Assembly: GCA_963752595.1 (NCBI GenBank)
Contig: CAVVYZ010000009.1
Span: forward strand, 224,001-288,000
Direction of reading: 5' to 3'
Length of the DNA: 64,000 bases
From: an uncultured delta proteobacterium
GTDB lineage: Bacteria; Desulfobacterota; Desulfomonilia; UBA1062
A program made the position numbers and the translations under genes. Shown here piece after piece: positions 56,512-64,000 of the stretch. The notes below the pieces were generated by a model. That model saw nothing but the letters and a program-made list of their open reading frames with translations, was not told the origin of the DNA and ran no database searches. Position 1 is the stretch's first letter. The number at the start of each line of letters is the position of its first letter.

Positions 56512-57699
56512 TCATGGGTTTTGACGGTCAGTCATAAATTGGACCGCCCACTCGCGCATGGTTTTAGGCGGCTCATGAATCGACTCCAATTGTTCAAGGA
56601 GTAAGGATTTCGTAGGACATTTGTAGTTACAGACACCACAACCTATACACCGTTCAGTATTAACTTCAGCCACCTTTCCCAGCCTGTTTATTAACTCACG
56701 GGTTCCCTTTTTCTGATCTGTCACAACAGTCTTTCTATCCTTGACATCGGGCATCTCTTTCAATTCTATCGCTTCCATCGGACAGCGTTTGACGCAGAGG
56801 CCACAGCCTACGCAGGTAGAATCGCTTGCATGTATCCTATAGTTAGAGGGTGACAGGCTCATGGGATGATTGAGTTTATAGTGGGATTCAAACCACATGC
56901 AGCAACACTTGCAGCAATTACAGATAGTATCCGGCTTATGCTGGTAGTTTGATATGCCGTGCACCAGTCCCAATTCTTCACACTGCCGCAGTATATCTTC
57001 CGCTTCCTTGCGCGTTATTTCACGACCCATCCCCTGTTCGACAATATAATGCCCCAATTGGTCAAAATGGAGACAGCGTTCAGCGGGATAATTGCAGTTG
57101 TGGCGCTCCTGATCGAGATTATTGCGATGAGTGCAGGGACAGGTACTGACTGTAAAGTAAGTAAAAGAGTCTAGGACCTTTGTCACTTCTTCATAAGGCA
57201 GCACCTGGCGTCCGCCTTCAATGGCGCTTTCGATCGGCAGAACACGCAACCCCTGATGTTTTGTTGATTTCCAGGGCTCCATAAAACCTGTGGAAAAGTA
57301 CCGATTGGCGATGGGGATTACATTATGGGAATATTCATCGTTCTTTCCCTGCCAGCCAAGTGTGCGCAGCATGAAGAAGCCATCATTGAGGCTGTAGTAT
57401 ACGGTATTATTTCTCACGAAACGGTAGACGAGACCCTTCTTTGCAAGTTCTTCAAGCTTATGCTCAAACTCTGAAACAGGTGTCCCTTTTAATTCCGATA
57501 ATTCATCCAGATTTTTCGGCGAGAAAGGCAAACCGGTGAGCAACTCGGCTTCTTCAGGGGTATAACGTGCCATCATTAAAGATTCCAATTCAACTGAATC
57601 AGGCAACCCGTACCATGTGTTCTTCATCCATTCGATAAATGAACTGTAGATTTCTTTTTCGTTGTTTGCCATGTTTGTCGTATCGGCTCCGTGCGCCAC
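56512..57699 (-). CDS. Cys-rich 4Fe-4S dicluster protein, paralog
   Basis: YTPEEA, CPC, GLVH, ICNCCKCCC, two CxxCxxCxxxCP motifs. Confidence 0.88.
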   Translation of the reverse strand: MAHGADTTNMANNEKEIYSSFIEWMKNTWYGLPDSVELESLMMARYTPEEAELLTGLPFSPKNLDELSELKGTPVSEFEHKLEELAKKGLVYRFVRNNTVYYSLNDGFFMLRTLGWQGKNDEYSHNVIPIANRYFSTGFMEPWKSTKHQGLRVLPIESAIEGGRQVLPYEEVTKVLDSFTYFTVSTCPCTHRNNLDQERHNCNYPAERCLHFDQLGHYIVEQGMGREITRKEAEDILRQCEELGLVHGISNYQHKPDTICNCCKCCCMWFESHYKLNHPMSLSPSNYRIHASDSTCVGCGLCVKRCPMEAIELKEMPDVKDRKTVVTDQKKGTRELINRLGKVAEVNTERCIGCGVCNYKCPTKSLLLEQLESIHEPPKTMREWAVQFMTDRQNP

Positions 57700-57809
57700 A
57701 CTTGACCTCCTGTTTTTTGATCATCAACATCTTTAATCCATGGTCTCTCCGAGTTCCCGGAGAATGGTTTCGAATTGCGAGAGAATTGGATTCTTCACCT
57801 TCTCATAAT

Positions 57810-57823
57810 ATAGACCGGTCTAT
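57810..57823. promoter_or_regulatory. Putative TetR (NemR-like) operator
   Basis: Perfect palindrome ATAGACCGGTCTAT upstream of the Fe-S genes. Confidence 0.55.
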
Positions 57824-57870
57824 TTTATTCTCTTCTTAATAATATTCCACCCTGCCCTAAAGTGGTTACA

Positions 57871-58452
57871 TTATGCCTTCAGAATGTAGTCAAAAATGAA
57901 CTTTGCATGATTCTCAAGTGGCTCTGTACTCTTTGCTACCTTCATGAGCATCAGGGCTCCTTCCCAACTGGATACGATGAAACGGGCTGCTTCATTGGCA
58001 TCAATGGCGTGGGAAAGGTGACCTGACTCCTGGGCCTCATGAAGGACCACGACAAACTGGTTGGCCATGGTATCAAGGGAGGTCTTGAGTTTTTCCCTGA
58101 AGGCAGGATTGATATCTCCCATCTCCTGGGCAAAGTTTCCCAGTGGGCACCCCAAGGTGTAATCCATTGATTTGAAAAACTCCATAAACCATTCGAACAA
58201 AAGCCGGATTCTTTCCAGTGGTGGCTGTGATTTATCCCCGAAGAATTGGTTTGAAATCCGGGAAAAGAACCCAACGAAATAATCAATAACCTGCAGGCCG
58301 AAGTCTTCCTTGCTCTTAAAAAAGTTATAGAAAGATCCCTTGGGGATTCCAGCCTTATCGAGGATTTCCTGTATGCCGGTATTGTTGAAACCCTTCAGGT
58401 GCATGATTTCGGCACCTGTCATGATGAGTTTCAGTTTCGTCTCCTCTTTCAT
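57871..58452 (-). CDS. TetR family regulator, NemR-like
   Basis: KGFNNTGIQEIL, PKGSFY.FFKSKEDFG, GCPLGNFAQEM, SSWEGA. Confidence 0.9.
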   Translation of the reverse strand: MKEETKLKLIMTGAEIMHLKGFNNTGIQEILDKAGIPKGSFYNFFKSKEDFGLQVIDYFVGFFSRISNQFFGDKSQPPLERIRLLFEWFMEFFKSMDYTLGCPLGNFAQEMGDINPAFREKLKTSLDTMANQFVVVLHEAQESGHLSHAIDANEAARFIVSSWEGALMLMKVAKSTEPLENHAKFIFDYILKA

Positions 58453-58485
58453 AAGTTACCATTCCATATAAGACTTTTTTATAAT

Positions 58486-58500
58486 TAGACCAGTCGTCTT
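58486..58500. promoter_or_regulatory. Putative autoregulatory TetR operator
   Basis: TAGACCAGTCGTCTT, similar to the NemR box TAGACC-N4-GGTCTA. Confidence 0.6.
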
Positions 58501-58892
58501 ATGATGTCAAGGTGAAAGACATCATTTTTAGAAAATATCAATAAATATTCATATGTTATGATTAAAAAAAGGATAGTGGCACGAAACCTACTAAAACATA
58601 TCGGTAGAAACCATAGATTTTGTGCCATAAGCAAGGGCTTGGCCTAATTGAATATATCTTTTGATAATCATCACCTACCAGGCAATCAGGTATGGGTCCA
58701 CAGATCTATAAGAGACCATCTGAGTACTCTCAATACCCTGCTATCCATAGAGACATACTGGCCTCATTGTGAGATGTGTGCGTTCGAAGAATGGCTATCT
58801 TATCTATTCTACAGAGCCGTCTTCCGGTACGGGAATAACTTGGTGGCTGTTCAGGTGCAGGCTCTCGATAAGAGATAGACCTTTCCGAAGGA

Positions 58893-60830
58893 TCATGAGC
58901 CTTTCCGGGACACGAGGGCGAAATCCACATGCCCTTTGATGACGTCTACCCTGGAAACCCTGACCTGAATGATATCTCCGATGGAGATCGTACGATTCCT
59001 GAGCTTCACACTCCTGCCTTCCTCGATGCGGGCATTCTTCATGTCGGAAAATGACACGAGCCCGTCAATGGGCGGGTCAAAGATCTCGACGAACATGCCG
59101 TAGGGGAGAATGCTGGTAGCCACCCCGCTGAACTCGTCGCCGATATGCCGCTGCATGTATGCCGCAGTCTTGAGCCGGATGACCTCGTACATGGCGTCAT
59201 CTGTTTTCTTTTCCTTTTCCGACACCTCGGCTGCGATATGCCTGATATATCCATCGAGCTTGCCGCGCTCTTTTCCCGAGGCCGCCCGGCTGGAAAACAC
59301 GGTTTTCAGCAGTCGGTGAATGATGAGATCCGAGTACCTCCTGATGGGGGAGGTAAAATGGGTGTAGCAGGTGCTCCCCAGCCCGAAATGTCCCAGGTCC
59401 TCGGAAAAGTATTTGGCGCGCTTGAGCGCCCGCAGGATATGCTGATTGACGAAACTGTGCAGCGGTGTCTCTGCATAGAGGCTCGAGATACGCTGGAGGG
59501 CAAAGGAGAGGTTTTTGCGTGCCTGGACAGCCCGGTAAAAACCGCCCAGCTCTCCTTTTTCCAGCCCGATCTCTTTGAGCGTCTCGTAAAGCGCCATGAG
59601 ATCATCCGGGCTCGGCTCCTCGTGAACCCGGTAGAGGATGGGCATGGAGTGTTTCTGGAGGTATCCGCATACCGCATGGTTCGCGCACAGCATGGCCTCC
59701 TCGATGAGCTTCTCGGCCGCACCCCGCTGGTAACGGTACACCCTGTCCACATCGCCGTCATAGCCGATGGTGATGCCTACTTCCGAGATATCGAAGTCGA
59801 GCGCCCCCTTTTTCAGGCGGTTCTTGTAGAGATGCTGGGCAATCCGGTGGAGCTCCAGCACCCTGCCCGCAACCTCTTCATCCAGTGAATCAGGCCTCTT
59901 GCGCGACTGTATGAAGGGATTGAGCTCCTCGTAGATAAGCCGCGCCCTGGAATGGATGACCGCATCGAAGCAGTCCACGTCCATGACCTTGCCGCGCGGG
60001 CCCAGGCGGATTTCCACCGCGATGACCAGCCGGTCCTCATCGGGCTTGAGGCTCATGATCCCGTTCGAGAGGACCTCCGGCAGCATGGGGATCGCTTCCT
60101 CGGGGAAATAGACGCTGAACCCCCGGTTGCGCGCCTCTTCATCCAGAAACGTATCTTTCTTCACGACATGGGCGACATCGGCAATGGCGACGGTCAGGAG
60201 AAAGGTTCCGTCATCGAGCTTCTCGATGCCCACGGCGTCGTCGAAATCCTTGGCCGTGGCTCCGTCGATGGTAAAGAGGACCCTGTCTCGGAGGTCTTTG
60301 CGCCTTTGAAGCTCGGCCGTGATGCTGATCTTGGAAACCTTGACGGCCTCCTGCTCCACCTCCTCGGGGAACAGCCAGGGGAGCCCGTACTTTATGGCCA
60401 CGAACCGCAGGTCGTCACCGGTGTCCTCCGGGATATTGAGGCAGCGCTCTATCCGGGCGGTTACGGTCCTCGTCCTTTCGACATTCTTCGGAGGCTCGAC
60501 AGAAGCGATTACCACGTCGCCGTCCCGTATCGAGCCCCGGTTCTCGGGACGCACGACAACGGCATAGGGAAACGGGTCAAAGGGGATGATGATCCCCCGT
60601 TTCTTCCTGTCGTGGAAGGTCCCGCTCACGGTCGTAGTGGTTCGTTTCAGGACCGAGAGGACCTCGCCCCGCAGGCCTTTTTTTTCCCGGTAGGCCCAGA
60701 CCTCGACCAGATCGCCGTCCATGGCTCCCATGAGCCCTTCGGGAGGGACGAAAACATCGTCACGCCCCTCTTCGGTGAGAATAAAAGCGAAGCCTTTGGG
60801 ATTCCAGTGTACTTTACCTTGTATCTTCAT
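58893..60830 (-). CDS. rnr: Ribonuclease R (RNB/VacB family)
   Basis: TIDGATAKDFDDA, IEEAML, YTHFTSPIRRYSD, C-terminal S1. Confidence 0.92.
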   Translation of the reverse strand: MKIQGKVHWNPKGFAFILTEEGRDDVFVPPEGLMGAMDGDLVEVWAYREKKGLRGEVLSVLKRTTTTVSGTFHDRKKRGIIIPFDPFPYAVVVRPENRGSIRDGDVVIASVEPPKNVERTRTVTARIERCLNIPEDTGDDLRFVAIKYGLPWLFPEEVEQEAVKVSKISITAELQRRKDLRDRVLFTIDGATAKDFDDAVGIEKLDDGTFLLTVAIADVAHVVKKDTFLDEEARNRGFSVYFPEEAIPMLPEVLSNGIMSLKPDEDRLVIAVEIRLGPRGKVMDVDCFDAVIHSRARLIYEELNPFIQSRKRPDSLDEEVAGRVLELHRIAQHLYKNRLKKGALDFDISEVGITIGYDGDVDRVYRYQRGAAEKLIEEAMLCANHAVCGYLQKHSMPILYRVHEEPSPDDLMALYETLKEIGLEKGELGGFYRAVQARKNLSFALQRISSLYAETPLHSFVNQHILRALKRAKYFSEDLGHFGLGSTCYTHFTSPIRRYSDLIIHRLLKTVFSSRAASGKERGKLDGYIRHIAAEVSEKEKKTDDAMYEVIRLKTAAYMQRHIGDEFSGVATSILPYGMFVEIFDPPIDGLVSFSDMKNARIEEGRSVKLRNRTISIGDIIQVRVSRVDVIKGHVDFALVSRKGS

Positions 60831-60939
60831 TCTCTGCTCTCCAAAGCCCTCAATAGATGCATCATTGCATAATTGCCTATGCAATGATAGATATAAATAA
60901 GCGATTCCATGCCAAAAATCGAGGGAGTATGCGATCTTC

Positions 60940-61575
60940 ATGACCTTTTACGAGCTGAAAAAGGACCGCACGTACGGGCCCAATGTGCGGCTCATTTCCC
61001 GGGGTGGAAAACTTGTGGTGGAAAAGACCTACCGGGGCAAGAGCCTGCCCGTGCGAATGCTCGGTTTCATCCTGATTTTCTGGGAGCGCCTGATTTACTC
61101 GAAGCTCCGGGGCATCGAGGGGATTCCGCACGTCTTGCCGGCACCGGACAGGCTCACGCTCGTTACCGGCTTCATGGGAGGAGAGAATTTAAAAGATGCC
61201 TCCCGGGTTCCCGAAGGCACATACTTCGCTTCACTCAGAGACCTCATCTCAAGGATGCACGACCGGGGCGTCATCCATCTTGACTTGCGAAACCGGAGGA
61301 ATTACGGCATCGACGACCAGGGGAGACCTTATCTTGTCGACTTCGCCACCTGCCTGTATATTCCCTGGGGCGGGAGGGCACGAAGGCTTCTCGAAACCAT
61401 AGACTGGATGGGCTTTGCAAAGGTAAAGAATAAGATTCTGCCCGAGGCCCTGGATGAGGGAGAGAAAAAGCTGCTTGCCCTCGGCGAGAGACTGAGCTCG
61501 CTCTGGCTTCCCACGAAGTTTGTGCGCGGCCTTCGGGGGTGTGCACAGTTTCTGCAAAGAGGCTCCCGGAAATAA
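60940..61575 (+). CDS. Small kinase-like protein (RIO/Kdo-like fold)
   Basis: VVEK, catalytic-loop-like HLDLRNRRN, DFA. Confidence 0.7.
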   Translation: MTFYELKKDRTYGPNVRLISRGGKLVVEKTYRGKSLPVRMLGFILIFWERLIYSKLRGIEGIPHVLPAPDRLTLVTGFMGGENLKDASRVPEGTYFASLRDLISRMHDRGVIHLDLRNRRNYGIDDQGRPYLVDFATCLYIPWGGRARRLLETIDWMGFAKVKNKILPEALDEGEKKLLALGERLSSLWLPTKFVRGLRGCAQFLQRGSRK

Positions 61576-61686
61576 TGAACAGGCCGCTTCGCCCCATCAA
61601 AATGCAGTTGAATTTTTCCATCGGCCCATATATAGAGCACACTCTGAGCTCATTTCCATCAGCGACTGTTATAAAGGAGAAGGTAA

Positions 61687-62976
61687 GTGCCCAAGATACG
61701 TTCCTTCAGAGGGATACGCTACAACCCCCAAAAGGTGGATCTCAGCAGGGTCATTTGCCCGCCGTACGATACCATCAGCGTTTCCGAAGTTGATGAATAC
61801 TACGCCTCTTCTCCATATAATGCCGTCAGACTGGTTTTGGGCAGACAGCAGCCGAAGGACACCAAAACCGACAACCGCTACACGCGCTCAAGAGACTTCT
61901 TCCGGCAATGGCGACAGCAACAGGTGCTCATTGAAGATAAAGAACCATCGCTCTACTACCATGAACATACCTACTCCGTCGGCGACCATACCTACACGAG
62001 GAGGGGGTTCATCGCTTCGGTGCATCTAGAGGATGATGAAAAGAAAAACATCCAGCCCCATGAGCATACCCAGAAAGGGCCGAAGCTCGACCGGCTTCGC
62101 CTCATGAACGAAGTACGGATGAATTTCAGCTCGATTTTCGGGATATATTCGGACTCGAAACGGATAATGGAAACCAAGGTGCGCCCTTCTCTCGGCAACC
62201 CCCATGTGGAGTTCGACGCGCAGAAGGAAAGCCACAGGCTGTGGATCATCAGCGACGAGCATATCATCGGCCAGATCACCAGGCTCATGCAGAACAAAAA
62301 GATCCTCATTGCCGACGGCCACCACCGCTATGAAACCGCACGAACGTACCGGGACCGGATGAGGGCCGCTACCGGCAAGAACGATGGAAACCAGAGCTTC
62401 GATTACATCCAGATGCATCTGATCAATAAGGATGAGGGCCTCACCATCCTGCCGGCTCACCGGGTCGTTCCGGACAGCATGGGGGTCGGCCTGGTGGATC
62501 TCGAATATCGCATCAAAGAGATGTTCAATATGGTCCCCTATGACAACAAGAAAAGTTTCCTTTCCGCACTGACCAAAGGGGGAAGCGGAACGCTCGGGCT
62601 GTATGTCAAGGGCATCCCGCGCTTTTACCTCCTCGATCTCGCCGAAGATGCGGACCTGTGCGGCTATATGCCGGGAAGCACGCACCCGCTGCTGAAAAAG
62701 CTGGATGTTACCCTTCTCCACGAGTGCATCCTGGAGCCTATCCTGGGGATTTCCCCCGCAGTGAGCGTCAGCCGCCTCGCGTATACCAGCAGCGCTGATG
62801 CAGCCCTGAACATGGTGCTCAAGGAGAAAGCAGACATCGCATTCCTGCTGAACCCCATCAGCATCGAGGACATCCTGGAGATCGCCGAAGCCGGCCTGAA
62901 GATGCCGCAGGAGTCGACCACCTTCTATCCCAGGGTTCCCACAGGGATCATATTCCATTCGCTCGAATCATTTTAA
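61687..62976 (+). CDS. DUF1015 family protein
   Basis: CPPYD, PHEHT, IADGHHRYETA, MPQESTTFYP; GTG start after AAGGAG. Confidence 0.9.
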   Translation: MPKIRSFRGIRYNPQKVDLSRVICPPYDTISVSEVDEYYASSPYNAVRLVLGRQQPKDTKTDNRYTRSRDFFRQWRQQQVLIEDKEPSLYYHEHTYSVGDHTYTRRGFIASVHLEDDEKKNIQPHEHTQKGPKLDRLRLMNEVRMNFSSIFGIYSDSKRIMETKVRPSLGNPHVEFDAQKESHRLWIISDEHIIGQITRLMQNKKILIADGHHRYETARTYRDRMRAATGKNDGNQSFDYIQMHLINKDEGLTILPAHRVVPDSMGVGLVDLEYRIKEMFNMVPYDNKKSFLSALTKGGSGTLGLYVKGIPRFYLLDLAEDADLCGYMPGSTHPLLKKLDVTLLHECILEPILGISPAVSVSRLAYTSSADAALNMVLKEKADIAFLLNPISIEDILEIAEAGLKMPQESTTFYPRVPTGIIFHSLESF

Positions 62977-63240
62977 CCCGGATTCAGCAGCTTAAAAACA
63001 GCATCCGGACTACATGAACCCTTCCGGTACAATTTCACAGCCGGTCTTTGTCGACCTCTCTTATTGGCCATGAATGGGATATTTCTTGATATATTTAAAT
63101 GATTCCTTTATCTTAGGATCATGGTAGATTATTCGAATAACGGGTTGCAGGCCGTGAGCAGACAGGTAAGGGGACCGCACTCCTGCGGGAAGCCATACTC
63201 GATTCAGCACGGCAGATGTTTGAGACAGGGGAGGTTTGTC

Positions 63241-64000
63241 GTGATCAGGAGGATTCTCGCTACTATAATCTGTGCCTTTTTCATGGGCGCATTCAATGGG
63301 CATGCTGCCTATTCTCTCACACTGGAAGAATCTATCGACATCGCGCTGAAGAACAATCCCCGGATCAAGGCCCAGAACGAGAACGTCTACGGGAGGCTCA
63401 TGCAGAAGCGCTCGGCCTTTGCAGATATGCTGCCGGAAGTCAATCTCAGCTACTCGTATACCAGGCTGAACGAGGCTCCCACCTTGACCCTTCCCCCGAC
63501 TGCCCCCGGCGCACCTTCCCTTTTTCCCGGTGAGCTCCCCATCGGCACGGAAGACAACTACAGATTTTCCCTTTCCGCAACACAGCCGCTCTATACCGGC
63601 GGCGCCCTGTATAATGCCTACAAGGTAGCAGGCAACACCTATCAGGCGGCCGACCTGAACAGGATATCGACCGTCCGCGACCTCAAGCGATTGATAATAG
63701 AAGGCTATTACGGATTGATCCAGGCACGGCAGACATTGGGAGTTGCACGGAGCGCATCCGCTTCGATCAAGTCGCACCTCGATGTGGCGAATGCCTTTTT
63801 CGGCCAGGGGATGATCCCGAAAAATGATTTGCTGGAGGCCGAAGTCCGCTATGCACAAAGCCGGCAGAATCTCATTCAGGCGGAGAATGCGGCGAGGCTG
63901 GCCGAATCGAACCTGAACCAGCTCATGGGGCGGGACCTCTCGATTCCCATCGAGACCGGCATGGAGGTTCCCATGCCCGATTTTGCCCCGACCCTGGATG
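63241..64000 (+). CDS. TolC family outer membrane protein, runs off the window
   Basis: Signal peptide, SLTLEESIDIALKNN, QPLYTGG, GMIPKNDLLEAEV; RBS GGGGAGG. Confidence 0.85.
   Translation, partial: MIRRILATIICAFFMGAFNGHAAYSLTLEESIDIALKNNPRIKAQNENVYGRLMQKRSAFADMLPEVNLSYSYTRLNEAPTLTLPPTAPGAPSLFPGELPIGTEDNYRFSLSATQPLYTGGALYNAYKVAGNTYQAADLNRISTVRDLKRLIIEGYYGLIQARQTLGVARSASASIKSHLDVANAFFGQGMIPKNDLLEAEVRYAQSRQNLIQAENAARLAESNLNQLMGRDLSIPIETGMEVPMPDFAPTLD

Noticed and set aside
58570-58650. c-di-GMP-I riboswitch or sigma54 promoter upstream of the TetR gene
   Set aside because: GGCAC...GTGCC pairing exists, but the GAAA tetraloop/receptor and the -12 TTGC are absent

Overview
GC-rich chromosomal window from an anaerobic Desulfobacterota-like bacterium, probably Syntrophales/Desulfomonilia type (inferred from gene content). 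It is mostly core metabolism: rubrerythrin-like protein, M48 peptidase, outer membrane barrel, yggS, hsp20x3-clpB, a four-subunit 2-oxoacid:ferredoxin oxidoreductase with an ACT protein, pgk-tpiA-secG, paaK, an S1 protein, a TetR-HlyD-RbbA-YhhJ export locus, a FadR-linked beta-oxidation operon, a GH57 branching enzyme, leuB, acyl-CoA dehydrogenases, RNase R, a kinase-like protein, DUF1015 and a partial TolC. Two lower-GC accessory patches interrupt it. The first (~26.3-32.85 kb) holds a FYDLN protein, an IS5, a solitary integron gene cassette with a canonical attC, an ester cyclase, an IS3 and an XRE HTH gene abutting an orphan IS200/IS605 right end. The second (~53.7-58.9 kb) holds an IS1182 remnant, tandem Fe-S proteins and a NemR-like TetR. 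Many genes at ~3.7-16 kb and 21-26 kb, including pgk, tpiA and secG, are frameshifted, most likely by sequencing indels, so their coordinates are reconstructed across frames. No rRNA, tRNA or CRISPR array was seen. I cannot point to one clearly new system; the strongest leads are the integrase-less cassette, the orphan IS605 end, a shared FadR-type operator and a 25-bp inverted repeat linking the two patches.
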